Notes under the pieces: generated by a model
The model's database searches: none
Told to the model about the DNA's origin: nothing
What the model saw: only the letters and a program-made list of their open reading frames with translations
Made by a program: the position numbers and the translations under genes
Origin: a virus
Reading direction: 5' to 3' (one strand)
DNA: 64,000 nucleotides
IMG/VR virus record: IMGVR_UViG_3300025466_000029
Span: 3,205-67,204 of that record
In this document: one piece after another, positions 17,756-27,902 of the stretch
Layout: each line of letters opens with the position of its first letter
How positions within the stretch are numbered: position 1 is the stretch's first letter

Positions 17756-19489
17756 TTAACCGCGGTATTTACTCATTATATCAGTAATATCGTTTGGAAT
17801 GGCGGCCATCGAACCACCTGCTCCTCCAAGCCATTTCTCATAAGATAGTGGTTGTTTACCGTAGTTAGCTAAGTTCTTGCTAAAGTCACTAGCATATTTA
17901 TTGTATTGAGTTAGTTTATTCTTATCTGCACCAACATCCGCACCATAAACACTTGCCGCGCCTTTAGTTAAGTATGCTTGTTTAAGAGCATCGGATACAG
18001 ACATCTCAGGATGGTCAGCCATAATAGCTTTAGCGATGCCTTTAATCGTTTGTTCGTCTTTACCATATCGAGCGTTAGCACCTTGCTCTTGCATTTGTGC
18101 AATCTGCATTTTAGTTTGCGCTTCAAAAATAGTTTTAGACAACTCGTTTTGTTGGTCGATGCCTTTAACACCTAGATTAGCCAAGTTCATACGAGCAGTT
18201 TTTACTGCATTATCAGCATCTTTCAAATCAGCCTTATTACCTGTGTATTGTGCTTGGTTAAATTGATTTTGTGCAAGTGCCAATGCATTACCTTTATCAG
18301 TAAGTTTCTCTTGACGGGCTTGTTCTTTTTCATCAATCTCTGTAGCTGATTTACCATATCCAGCAAGACCACGAGTAGCGGCAGTAATGAATGAAGGAGC
18401 AGCCTCACCTGCTTTAGGCGCTTGTCCAAGACCTTCTGCTAATGCAAACCAAGGCATTGCGGAATCTAGTTTAGAACGCTCTGCAGATTTCTCTTTCAGT
18501 TTATCAAGGTCCTCACGTTGTGATTTGTAAATGTCAGGGTCAACACCAGCGGCTGTAGCTTCTGCTTTGTTTCGGTCAGCAATCTCGCTATATGTCCAAG
18601 GTTTACCAGTATCAGGATTATTTTCGCTACTAAGGATAGTTTTTAATTCAGAGTCGTCATACGGTTTAATCTTGTATGCGCCAATGCCTTGACTACCTGC
18701 ACCAGTACCTTTAGTTTTACTGCTAGCTGAACCTGTGTCACCTCTACCAAAGTATGCATCTAACTCAGCGTTCCTATCTTGGGTCTGTTGTTGATTCTGT
18801 TGTTGGTCTTGTTGTTGGGCTTGTTGTTGCACAGCTTGTGCACCCATGTTATTAAACCCAAATAGACTATTAACATAATCACCCACTTGAGGATTATTGT
18901 TAGTAGCATCTGCTGGCTGCGCATTTGCTGCTGGGCTAGCAAGATTAATAGGTTTATTACGTAAAGCAGCCAAACTAATAGGTTGCTTAGTTACAGGGTC
19001 AATGACCATTTTGTTTTTATTACGTAAATTAGTTATGGCATCGCCCAAATAATCCATGCCTCTACCCATCATTCTAGGGCCAGGGAAAGCTAAATCAGTA
19101 GCTCCGTTTACAATCCATGAGTTATTTAAGTCTCTACCTAATGGGTCCTCAACCAATTGCTCTCTACTATCTTGTAAACCAAAACGTTTAACTTCGCCAC
19201 CTTCATCAAATGCAATGATACCACCAGCTGCCATACCAGCAGCAGGTAAGTTAGTAGGCAGTGCAGGTACCCCTTGACCATAAGCCATGTCTTGTTGAAC
19301 AACAGGTGGTTGTTTAGGAGTTTGAGCAGCTACTGCCATCTTAGCGTCTTTAGATTGTTTGATTTTAGAAGCCAAGACAATCTGACCCACTTGTGGGTCA
19401 ATCGTACCGTCACGTAGTGCTTGTTGTAACTGAGGGATAGATAGCTTTTGGGCTTGAGACATTTGGCTCATTGGGTCTTGCATACTCAT
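17756..19489 (-). CDS. internal virion (ejection) protein
   Basis: Q/A-rich, helical; MAAGGIIAFDEGG; position between other internal proteins. Confidence 0.6.
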   Translation of the reverse strand: MSMQDPMSQMSQAQKLSIPQLQQALRDGTIDPQVGQIVLASKIKQSKDAKMAVAAQTPKQPPVVQQDMAYGQGVPALPTNLPAAGMAAGGIIAFDEGGEVKRFGLQDSREQLVEDPLGRDLNNSWIVNGATDLAFPGPRMMGRGMDYLGDAITNLRNKNKMVIDPVTKQPISLAALRNKPINLASPAANAQPADATNNNPQVGDYVNSLFGFNNMGAQAVQQQAQQQDQQQNQQQTQDRNAELDAYFGRGDTGSASSKTKGTGAGSQGIGAYKIKPYDDSELKTILSSENNPDTGKPWTYSEIADRNKAEATAAGVDPDIYKSQREDLDKLKEKSAERSKLDSAMPWFALAEGLGQAPKAGEAAPSFITAATRGLAGYGKSATEIDEKEQARQEKLTDKGNALALAQNQFNQAQYTGNKADLKDADNAVKTARMNLANLGVKGIDQQNELSKTIFEAQTKMQIAQMQEQGANARYGKDEQTIKGIAKAIMADHPEMSVSDALKQAYLTKGAASVYGADVGADKNKLTQYNKYASDFSKNLANYGKQPLSYEKWLGGAGGSMAAIPNDITDIMSKYRG

Positions 19490-19491
19490 AA

Positions 19492-20631
19492 TTATTCCTT
19501 ATAGCTCAACAATTCATGTAAGTGCATTTCATCAATGCCTGTACCACCACGCTTACTAATTTCTTTAGTGCTACCACCCTTTTTAGCGCCAGCTAATTTT
19601 GATACCCCAACGGCACCAGCACCTAACGCACCAATTTGAGAAGCAAGACCAGGCTGTGCTTGGTATGTTTGAGTCGTTGTAGACTGCATTGGTAAACCGT
19701 GTAGCAAATTGCTGATGTTGCCCAACTGCATCATTGGGTATTGTTGTGCAGTCGCATAGTTTTGGATTGCTTGGTTAATCATATTTTGTTGGGCTGTTTG
19801 TTGTTGTGCGCCCATTGTATTTTGTGTACCTAAGATACCTTGTTGTGCGGCAAGTTGATTAGAACCTAGATTGCCTAATGTACCAGCCGCAGTGTTAGCT
19901 TGACCCAAACCTTGAAGCGCAGTTTGTTGTCCTTGTAGCCCTAACCCAGCACCATACTGCATTGCGTTTTGTGCTTGTTGATATGCAGTATTGTAACCTT
20001 GACCGATAGCTTGTTGTTGCGCATTCAATGCATTTTGCTGTGCTAAGTTTTGAGCAAGAGCACTACGAGTACCACCGAACGCACCTGAACCTGTAGCTTG
20101 TGAAGCCGCTTGTGTCGAAGCAATATTGCCTTGTTGGGCTAACTGATTAAGCTGTGGTTGTAATGATTGGCTAACATAAGGGTTCATGAACGCACCAACC
20201 GCATATGGGTTAGTCGCCATCTGATTGTATTGATTGCCAGCTTGTGAAGCTTGACCAGCAACCCCTAGAGAACCCATACCCGCTGCGCCAGCTAGACCAG
20301 TAGCTTGACCATATTGGCCAGGCAATTGTAAGTTAGCTGCTTCATTAAATGATTGTTCTTGTAACGGAGAGAATGCGGCTTGATAGTCCTGCATGTTTGT
20401 ACTGTATGGTACGTATGGTTGGAACCCTGATACATTGCCTGTTGTAGGGTCAGTAGTATATACCTGTTGTTGCGCTGCGCCGAGCATTGACTCAACGTAT
20501 GGTTGTGCATAGGCAGGGATAGTATTTTGGTTAACCGTCGTTGTTGTAGGAGCTGATTGTCCACCGCCGCCACCTACTCCAAAAGTAAACTGGTCAATCA
20601 TAAACCATTTAAGGGCTTTTAATAAACTCAT
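19492..20631 (-). CDS. internal virion/DNA transfer protein
   Basis: GGGGG N-terminus, FMNPY, GAFGG.R, Q-rich. Confidence 0.65.
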   Translation of the reverse strand: MSLLKALKWFMIDQFTFGVGGGGGQSAPTTTTVNQNTIPAYAQPYVESMLGAAQQQVYTTDPTTGNVSGFQPYVPYSTNMQDYQAAFSPLQEQSFNEAANLQLPGQYGQATGLAGAAGMGSLGVAGQASQAGNQYNQMATNPYAVGAFMNPYVSQSLQPQLNQLAQQGNIASTQAASQATGSGAFGGTRSALAQNLAQQNALNAQQQAIGQGYNTAYQQAQNAMQYGAGLGLQGQQTALQGLGQANTAAGTLGNLGSNQLAAQQGILGTQNTMGAQQQTAQQNMINQAIQNYATAQQYPMMQLGNISNLLHGLPMQSTTTQTYQAQPGLASQIGALGAGAVGVSKLAGAKKGGSTKEISKRGGTGIDEMHLHELLSYKE

Positions 20632-21044
20632 ATCAATTTCTCCACTACTGTCTCAGTAGGTATTAGTCCAAGTTGTTGTTGGTACAATCTAATGCGCGCA
20701 CCTGAAGCATGCGCTCTAATTTTAGTAGCGCCTTGAGATTTGGCCCACGCAACTACTTGCTCCATTACTTCTGGGTTTGTAATGCCTTTGCCCCCAGTGG
20801 CGGTTAATACTGCGACTCTATGATTTGGGTAATTATACACGCCAATAGAAGCAGCACCTATGATTTGGTTTTCTTTAACTGCAACTAATAAGGCTTGTGC
20901 CCCAGCACCTAACTGGCTTTTCAATTGGTCTATAGTGCAATCTAAATCACCTATAGCCACATCACATGCGGCTTTTAACATAGGCCCTACCACATCCCAT
21001 AATTGAGGTACTTGAAGCGTGTCAACTTGCTGTATTTTTATCAT
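20628..21044 (-). CDS. GNAT-fold virion assembly protein (T7 gp13-like position)
   Basis: YPN.RV..L...GG; WAK.QG..KI; RLY. Confidence 0.55.
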   Translation of the reverse strand: MIKIQQVDTLQVPQLWDVVGPMLKAACDVAIGDLDCTIDQLKSQLGAGAQALLVAVKENQIIGAASIGVYNYPNHRVAVLTATGGKGITNPEVMEQVVAWAKSQGATKIRAHASGARIRLYQQQLGLIPTETVVEKLI

Positions 21045-22420
21045 GCAGGCATGAACTTAGCTGGGTTGATTTCTTTGCCTTGTTTCTTAGAACCTGTGCG
21101 AGCCTTACGAACTTTATCCATCATGTTGTAAAGATGTTTAGCACCTGCATCTGTTGAGCCATTACCTAAGTGACTTACTACATCAGCTGGAACTACAAAC
21201 TCACCGTCAGCCAAACGAGCAGGCTGTTTGCCACCAATTGTAGCTGGTATGTTATCAGACATTCCATCGCCAGGACCTTTCAATAAACGTGGGTTACCAC
21301 CCGCAGCGTAGCCACCTAAACTATAACCTGCGATACCACCTTTAGCCATACCTACAGTTGGTTGACCTGTTAGTGGGTTTGTATTTGGTTCGTAGCTTGC
21401 CATTGCCTGTTGTGCGCTAGTTGGCATCTGAGTTGGTGTTGCGTAGAAAGAACGTTGTTGCTGGCTTTGTGGGTACATATCACCACCCATGAAGTCTACG
21501 TTAGCTGGGGTGTTATCCATCTGACCACCTGAAGCTAAAGCCGCAATACCACCTTCTGCATAATGCGCTGATGGGTATGGACTAGGTAGTGGTGCAACAT
21601 AACGAGTAAACTTATTAGGGTCATATCCAGCAAGGTTGCTTTTCTCTGGAACAATAACAGGTTGTTCAGGAATCTCAGGGTTCAACGCACCATAAGTCAA
21701 ACCAGCTAAACCTGAATACATTGCTTGACCGCCAAGACCTTGATTAGCCCACCAGTCAGCTGCTCGATTAGGCAAAGTGCCAGGTGTTGTGTATTTACGA
21801 ATATCAAATCCAGGCTTGTCGCCAAGTAAAGTTGTACTAGGTGTAGTAGAAGTACCTGCAGCATTGTTAATCGCGTTCTGCATAGGGTCGCCCATAATGC
21901 TTTGGGATGTGTCTACTGGAGCAACTTCTTCACCACTTGGAACACCGATACCTTGTGATTGACTAATGCCACCAAGATTATTGATATTCACACCTGAGTT
22001 AGTTAGTGTAGGATTTTGAACTGCGTTAGCAATTGCATCTTGTTGTAATGTTTCAGTGGCTGGCAATACTTGTGGATTAACTAAATCTGAAATACCTGCA
22101 GGAGTTTGTGTTGCTGTACCATAAGTAAATGCAGGGTTAACGCCATCTGCGCCAATACCTACTGTGTTAATTGCTGTTGGTGCCCCTGTTTCTGCACCTT
22201 GTAAGATTTGATTTGAAGGTCCTAAGATAGCACCTGTAATACCGCTCATTGCCCCACCAGTAAGACCGCCAAGTAAAGCAGACTCTAATGGGTCTTGTCC
22301 TGTAGCAATAGCTTTAGCGCCACCAAATGCGGCGCCGATAAGGGCAGCTTCACCAATCCCACCCCCAACGTTATAGCCTGGGTGCTTTAAAATACCTACG
22401 CCGAATTTACTGTTAAACAT
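21041..22420 (-). CDS. internal virion protein with C-terminal GPGDGxSD...DGEFV domain
   Basis: Five hydrophobic-x-x-GG motifs, then KGPGDGMSDNIPA...LADGEFVVPADVV. Confidence 0.7.
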   Translation of the reverse strand: MFNSKFGVGILKHPGYNVGGGIGEAALIGAAFGGAKAIATGQDPLESALLGGLTGGAMSGITGAILGPSNQILQGAETGAPTAINTVGIGADGVNPAFTYGTATQTPAGISDLVNPQVLPATETLQQDAIANAVQNPTLTNSGVNINNLGGISQSQGIGVPSGEEVAPVDTSQSIMGDPMQNAINNAAGTSTTPSTTLLGDKPGFDIRKYTTPGTLPNRAADWWANQGLGGQAMYSGLAGLTYGALNPEIPEQPVIVPEKSNLAGYDPNKFTRYVAPLPSPYPSAHYAEGGIAALASGGQMDNTPANVDFMGGDMYPQSQQQRSFYATPTQMPTSAQQAMASYEPNTNPLTGQPTVGMAKGGIAGYSLGGYAAGGNPRLLKGPGDGMSDNIPATIGGKQPARLADGEFVVPADVVSHLGNGSTDAGAKHLYNMMDKVRKARTGSKKQGKEINPAKFMPA

Positions 22421-22460
22421 AATTTAAATCCTTGTTTATTTGAGCGAATAATACCATGTA

Positions 22461-22754
22461 TTAAACTGTTGTACCACTAGCATTGACCCAGTGACTGCCA
22501 CTCCACCAGATAGGAATGTTAAGCGTGGTATCAAAATATGTTTGTCCTATTTGCAAATATGCAGTGGGTCGGTTTGCAGTTACTCCGCTGTCAGGAATAT
22601 TAGTGCCTTGAGCAAAGTTATCAATCTGTGCAAAGTACAGACGCATCGCGTTGTTTAACTGGTCTTGGTAGGACTGTGCATACTGCACTGGAGCAATGGG
22701 TAAGTTTGGTGCCTGTGTTGGTCTTAAAGACCTGATTTTTATGGTTGTCGCCAT
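22461..22754 (-). CDS. small tail-associated protein
   Basis: SG.TANRP...GQ.YFDTTL..PIWW.G..W.NA.G. Confidence 0.7.
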   Translation of the reverse strand: MATTIKIRSLRPTQAPNLPIAPVQYAQSYQDQLNNAMRLYFAQIDNFAQGTNIPDSGVTANRPTAYLQIGQTYFDTTLNIPIWWSGSHWVNASGTTV

Positions 22755-24859
22755 TATCTACGCCCGTCTGGTCTAATATCAATACGTGGGGAACCTAACT
22801 GCCATGCAACACCTAAGCCTGTTGACTCAATACGGAACGCCATTTGACGACCACGAAGTCTTGTATATACCTGACCTGTGAATTGCTGCACTGTATATTC
22901 AGGCGCTGTCGTATAGTTCTGTGCACTTTGAACTTGTGGGTTATCCGCACTACCATAAGGCGTACCTGAGTTCTCACGTGGTTTAACCGTCATTGTGACT
23001 GCGGGTGTATTTACTGTTGAACCATTAAAGTTTACATCAGGCAAGATACGCCATACAAACCCAAAATTGTGTCCATCCCCAATATCAAAATCAGACGATT
23101 GCACGTATGCATCAATAGGTTGAGGGCTTGCAGTTGATTGGTCATCACATCCGTTTTCATGGTATAAAAGCCTCCCGTTATAATCTGCTGCGACTGGATA
23201 TTGAACTGAACCTGTTTGTGCCCAAGCAGTGCGAGCCATTGTGCCATAGTACCAAACGCGGTCAAGATAGTTATAGATTACATATTTATCTACTGTGGTG
23301 TTATCACTTGATTCACTTACATAGAACCACCACACTTCATTGAATGCTTCGTTAGCACCTGCGAATACTTGGTATGCTTGGTCTTGGTTAATATCATCAA
23401 AAATGTATTGACGTAATGCGCAAGGTAACACTTCAACACGACCTGAGTACATGTAGAAACGGTCTCGACCCATCCAGTAAGTTACGTTATTCACAGTAAT
23501 CATTGCATTAGGTGACATGATAGAAATATTATCCATCAAAATCTGGAAGCCCCAAACATAAGGCGCACCTAAGTACTGCATAGAATAGATAGCAGAATCA
23601 GTCCATACTAAAATTTCTTGGCGAGTCGCACGTGCCCCCATGATGTATGAGCCGTTAGTTAAAGTATACTCACCTGACTGATTAGCTACGGTTGGTACCC
23701 ATTGATATGGATTAGCTTGGTCAGACCAGCGCACTAACATAGGGTTAAATGTCGTTGCATCGTTATTAGGGCTATATGGGTTAGCACCAAAGGCAATTAC
23801 AAACTCTTGAATCGCTGAAGTAATTACTTGATAAGTAGAGGTTGGAACAAAGCCACCTGCATAAGAGAACGAGTAGTTACCTGAGCTTGCACCTGTTGTC
23901 GTTGTTGTAATAGGCACAGTTGTTGAACCTGTTAAATAGCCTGATGCTACTTGCGTACCTGCGGGTAAGTTAGTCCCTGTAATCACCATATAAGGATAAA
24001 TATAAGGTGCATTAGCTGAAGTAACAGTAATACTTGTTGCTGAACCAGAGAATGTAGACGCATCTGTAACCGCAGTTGCTGAGTTAGCCAATGTACTTAA
24101 ATATTGCGCACGGGTACTTACACCACCTGAATCTGACCAATAAAATAATGGGCCACCACGAGGGGCAATGACTAAATCACTACCAAAGTTATCCGCTGAC
24201 CAAAGTCTTAATTGCTGTGCGACACCAGATGAGTAACTAGAACCCCAAGTACCACGAGACCAAGGACCTGCACCCCAACCTGTACCGATTGAAAATGTAT
24301 TTAGACCAGTAGGATATTCGTATTGTGCGCTGACTGACCCACCGCCTGTTGTAGATGATGTTGCAGCTGTAGCGACTGTAATTGTATAAGTAGTTGATGA
24401 AGGTACGGTAATAACTTTATAGTCACCCGCAATTGTTGTACCACCTACTGTATAAGTACCATTAAAGTTGACAAAGTCGCCAACGCTAGGGTTATAAGTA
24501 GCATCAGTTACCGTTACAGTTTTTGATGTATTGACTGTAGTGAATGGGTTAGTTAGTGTGCTTGTATGTACAATGGGGGTAATGTCATTGTAAACACCCC
24601 CGAAGTAAATATAGTATTTAGAACTTGTGCCTACACCTGTATAAACGTTACCAGCTCCAGCATCCGCATCAGACCAAATCCAAATAGAACGCGCTACGCC
24701 TTGATAAGTATTATTAGACACTTGCGTCCAACCACCAATCTTCTCAGGAAAGCCTGAACGAAAGCGAACTTTCTCGCAATCGTACCACCCGCCTTCATTA
24801 GAATAATCTGTACCTTCTCTATTAATACCAGGTCTAAATTGTAGCTTCTGTAATGGCAT
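22754..24859 (-). CDS. tail nozzle/stabilisation protein (tail tubular protein B-like)
   Basis: PGI.REGT.Y..EGGW, RWSDQ, EVWWFY, ends PDGRR. Confidence 0.75.
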   Translation of the reverse strand: MPLQKLQFRPGINREGTDYSNEGGWYDCEKVRFRSGFPEKIGGWTQVSNNTYQGVARSIWIWSDADAGAGNVYTGVGTSSKYYIYFGGVYNDITPIVHTSTLTNPFTTVNTSKTVTVTDATYNPSVGDFVNFNGTYTVGGTTIAGDYKVITVPSSTTYTITVATAATSSTTGGGSVSAQYEYPTGLNTFSIGTGWGAGPWSRGTWGSSYSSGVAQQLRLWSADNFGSDLVIAPRGGPLFYWSDSGGVSTRAQYLSTLANSATAVTDASTFSGSATSITVTSANAPYIYPYMVITGTNLPAGTQVASGYLTGSTTVPITTTTTGASSGNYSFSYAGGFVPTSTYQVITSAIQEFVIAFGANPYSPNNDATTFNPMLVRWSDQANPYQWVPTVANQSGEYTLTNGSYIMGARATRQEILVWTDSAIYSMQYLGAPYVWGFQILMDNISIMSPNAMITVNNVTYWMGRDRFYMYSGRVEVLPCALRQYIFDDINQDQAYQVFAGANEAFNEVWWFYVSESSDNTTVDKYVIYNYLDRVWYYGTMARTAWAQTGSVQYPVAADYNGRLLYHENGCDDQSTASPQPIDAYVQSSDFDIGDGHNFGFVWRILPDVNFNGSTVNTPAVTMTVKPRENSGTPYGSADNPQVQSAQNYTTAPEYTVQQFTGQVYTRLRGRQMAFRIESTGLGVAWQLGSPRIDIRPDGRR

Positions 24860-24861
24860 CT

Positions 24862-25299
24862 TTATATAACCTCATGCTTATTGGCTTTAGCTAAATTTTG
24901 TTTAGCTGGTATAACTTGTAAATTGTGTATTGTATGCAACCCGCTAACACGTTCATTTCGTAAAGGCACTATATGGTCGACATGCCAAGCAAACCCATGA
25001 AGTCTGGTCCGTGCTTCAGCCAATATATAAGCTTCTTTAATTAACCAGCGCTCATCTGCGTCTACCCATTTAGGAGTTCGTAATTTTATATATTTTTTAC
25101 GTGCTGTAGTGTTAGCTATTACTTGGCCTGGATTATCTTTTTTCCATTTAGCAGCACGAACCCGAGCTTTTTCTTTTTGTTCTTCATTGGTCGACAATGC
25201 ACGACGTGTACGTTGCTGCTCGTTTTCCCTAGCTTTATACTCTGGGTCTTTACGTTTTTTTGTGCGCCAAGCATTTTTATATGCGTTCTTATCTTGCAT
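24862..25299 (-). CDS. HNH homing endonuclease
   Basis: RTPKW, HVDHIVPL...VSGLH..NLQVI...N..K.N. Confidence 0.88.
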   Translation of the reverse strand: MQDKNAYKNAWRTKKRKDPEYKARENEQQRTRRALSTNEEQKEKARVRAAKWKKDNPGQVIANTTARKKYIKLRTPKWVDADERWLIKEAYILAEARTRLHGFAWHVDHIVPLRNERVSGLHTIHNLQVIPAKQNLAKANKHEVI

Positions 25300-25736
25300 T
25301 ATTTATATTCCGATGTGCCTGAAGCATTAATAGTTAACTTTTGTCTACGTGGTACCATGCCAGCCATAGCAAATCCAATATGGCACCAACTATTAAACTC
25401 CCAGATAATTTGGTCATACCGAATATCACTATTAATAATTGCTTCAACGATATCTCTAGGCGTACCAAAAGCAGGGCATACAATATCTGCAGCTAGTCCT
25501 TTTACATGATAGCTTGTTGGTTTACTTCCTACGATAGCATTAACTGCAGGTGCACGATACGCAGAATTAACATGGATAGGATGACCTAATAACAATCTTA
25601 CTTTCTCCAATTGCTCAGCTAATACTTTTAAATTAGCCAATACTACTGGGTCAGTAGGAATGTTATTAAGATTGTGCCTAGCTGCAACTTCTGAAGCGGT
25701 AAGTTCTTCTAAGCTAAAATGCTCAGAGATTTGCAT
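25299..25736 (-). CDS. endolysin, peptidase M15 family
   Basis: SEHFSL.E, SAYR...N..VG....SYH..G.AAD, WCHI. Confidence 0.9.
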   Translation of the reverse strand: MQISEHFSLEELTASEVAARHNLNNIPTDPVVLANLKVLAEQLEKVRLLLGHPIHVNSAYRAPAVNAIVGSKPTSYHVKGLAADIVCPAFGTPRDIVEAIINSDIRYDQIIWEFNSWCHIGFAMAGMVPRRQKLTINASGTSEYK

Positions 25737-26014
25737 TATGCAGCTTTAGCTGGGTTGCCTAGTTTTGTATTTGCTGCAGCAACTGCTGTTTCGATACCTA
25801 GGTTTAAAGCCCAACCTGCTGTACCTTTAACTGCTGAACCTAAGTCACCTTCTGCTGCTTGCAATGAAGCTTTAACTGCAGCTTGTTTTTCTGCACCTGA
25901 TTTATCAGTTCCCAGTTCGATTTGGACTAGGCGTTCTATTTCTGCGAATACTCCAGAACCAATGATTGCTTGGACTAGGTGGGCTAGAGCTGACATTAAA
26001 AAAGAGTTAATCAT
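25736..26014 (-). CDS. putative holin (LL-H-like)
   Basis: Hydrophobic N-terminus; KSGAEK...IETAV; adjacent to the endolysin. Confidence 0.45.
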   Translation of the reverse strand: MINSFLMSALAHLVQAIIGSGVFAEIERLVQIELGTDKSGAEKQAAVKASLQAAEGDLGSAVKGTAGWALNLGIETAVAAANTKLGNPAKAA

Positions 26015-26024
26015 ATTATTTCCT

Positions 26025-26240
26025 TTATTGTTTACATGTTACTTTAAAAAATATACCGTCTATACTACTTAACCAGCCATTAGGTCCCTGAGAAGCCTGG
26101 GAAGTTCGGGTTTCCTTGGTCATTAGCTCCGCTGACGGGTGACAATCCAACTTTGTCGGAACTAACGACTGTGGCTGTTGGGTTAAGGAACAAGCCTGCA
26201 ATAGCAACAATAGCACCACCAATAGTAAGTAGTTGGTCAT
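26025..26240 (-). CDS. putative lipoprotein (o-spanin-like) overlapping the holin in another frame
   Basis: MTNYLLLVVLLLLLQAC lipobox; two further Cys; stop overlaps the RBS of the next gene; weak SD. Confidence 0.45.
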   Translation of the reverse strand: MTNYLLLVVLLLLLQACSLTQQPQSLVPTKLDCHPSAELMTKETRTSQASQGPNGWLSSIDGIFFKVTCKQ

Positions 26241-26403
26241 CACTAATAGGAAGGGAATAGCCAAAGGTTTTAGCAAGCGCAACAAGCGCCCCCAAAAGAC
26301 CAGCAACAACAGAAGCCGTAACTTGCCCATTTTTCCAAGCTGTAGGATTTGCAACTACATTTCCTTTTCTATAAACCTGTAATGCTGCTAAAATTTTATT
26401 CAT
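26080..26403 (-). CDS. putative holin (two TM segments)
   Basis: Two hydrophobic helices; AAGGAG RBS; lysis cassette. Confidence 0.55.
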   Translation of the reverse strand: MNKILAALQVYRKGNVVANPTAWKNGQVTASVVAGLLGALVALAKTFGYSLPISDDQLLTIGGAIVAIAGLFLNPTATVVSSDKVGLSPVSGANDQGNPNFPGFSGT

Positions 26404-26414
26404 ATAATACTCCT

Positions 26415-26765
26415 TTAAACTTTAACCCAATTTTCAGTTGGTATTGTAGGCCATATAATATTACCATCTACAGGATACACTGCATATTGACGCACTGCAT
26501 TTCTATATGCAATAAATTCAGTTTGGTTAGCCAAATATGGATTGCTCATGGCAGGATTTCCTACGTCAGCAGTGCCAGCCCAGTCAGTTTGACTTAATAA
26601 ATAAGATGCAGTTGATTTATTTTGTTCAGCAGTTGAAACATAAACAGGAGGATAATATCCTGTAATATTCTCCCATCCATTAGTGATAGCAGTATTAATT
26701 AAATCTTGTTGATTTAAAGGGTCGTAGCCATAAACTTCGCCCATCGGTGACTTAAAATATTCCAT
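26415..26765 (-). CDS. tail fibre assembly chaperone-like protein
   Basis: LL..TDW...YR..VR...WP..P; follows a fibre gene. Confidence 0.65.
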   Translation of the reverse strand: MEYFKSPMGEVYGYDPLNQQDLINTAITNGWENITGYYPPVYVSTAEQNKSTASYLLSQTDWAGTADVGNPAMSNPYLANQTEFIAYRNAVRQYAVYPVDGNIIWPTIPTENWVKV

Positions 26766-26774
26766 AATTTATCC

Positions 26775-27899
26775 TTAGCGTAATTCTGACCAACCCTGCC
26801 ATGTAGCAGAACTTGAAAGTGAATATGTAGAGCCGTTAGGGACAATCCAGCTCATTCCTAAAGCTACCGCACTATTTCCAGATGAAGTACTACCCAAAGC
26901 TACTCCATTAACATAAGCAGTTAAACTATAACCATTGCTAGAGCTTACTAAAACGTAAATAGGTTTTCCTGTTGAATTAGTATATGTTGTATTAAAAGCT
27001 CTAGTAGTGCTATTAAATACAGTCCATGTTTGATTTACACCAATACCAGCATTTAAATTGTTAGCTGTTCCTGAAGCGTTTGTAGCAACAAGATTGCTTG
27101 GAGTTCCTAAATCAGGAGTTGTTAATGCAGGACTGTTAGAAAGTACAGCATTTCCAGAACCTGTAGAAGTTGTTACACCTGTACCGCCCGAAGCAACAGG
27201 AAGTGCTGTTCCTAACCCACTAATGCTACCACCAGTAATATTAACATTATTGGCATTTTGAGTAGACATTGTTCCTAATGAACCTGTGGCGTTTGTCACT
27301 GCAGTTGTTACATAAGCTGTTGTTGCAATCTTAGTTGAGTTATCACTTGAAGATTGTGTTGTGCCTGTAACGGTTGAAGCTAGTGTCCCTGCAATGGTTC
27401 CTGAGAATGTTGCATTTCCTGTTACTGACAGTGTACCGCCAATTGTTTCATTACCTGCTACTGTATTGTTACCTGGAATATTAAAGTTACCTGCAACACC
27501 TGATACACCTGAATAGAAGTTAGTACCATCACAATAAACGAGTACCGAAGCACCATTAGGTACAGTCACTAAAGTACCTGTTGCACCACCCACAGTAATA
27601 GCATATCCGCCTGAAGTATTGTTGTTGACCATATATACTTTAGGAACTAGTGGGGCAATTATTTGACGAATCGCTGAGTTTGAACCGCCAACAACAAGCA
27701 CCATGTTACGAGACTCATCTGATACGCCGTTAAGCACTGATAAAGTATAGTTAGCATTTGACATGGTGATGGCTTGAACGCCAGCCACTGCCTGCTCGAT
27801 AAGGTTCCAGTTAGTATTAGTAGTTGTACCCCAAACACCTGATTGTTCGCCATTACTAATTAGCTGTAGTTGTAGACTTGTACTATAGGTCGAAGCCAT
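26775..27899 (-). CDS. tail fibre protein
   Basis: MASTYS...GEQSG.WG, DNSTKIATTA.V, C-terminal QTW...YTN.TGKPI. Confidence 0.8.
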   Translation of the reverse strand: MASTYSTSLQLQLISNGEQSGVWGTTTNTNWNLIEQAVAGVQAITMSNANYTLSVLNGVSDESRNMVLVVGGSNSAIRQIIAPLVPKVYMVNNNTSGGYAITVGGATGTLVTVPNGASVLVYCDGTNFYSGVSGVAGNFNIPGNNTVAGNETIGGTLSVTGNATFSGTIAGTLASTVTGTTQSSSDNSTKIATTAYVTTAVTNATGSLGTMSTQNANNVNITGGSISGLGTALPVASGGTGVTTSTGSGNAVLSNSPALTTPDLGTPSNLVATNASGTANNLNAGIGVNQTWTVFNSTTRAFNTTYTNSTGKPIYVLVSSSNGYSLTAYVNGVALGSTSSGNSAVALGMSWIVPNGSTYSLSSSATWQGWSELR

Positions 27900-27902
27900 A
27901 AT

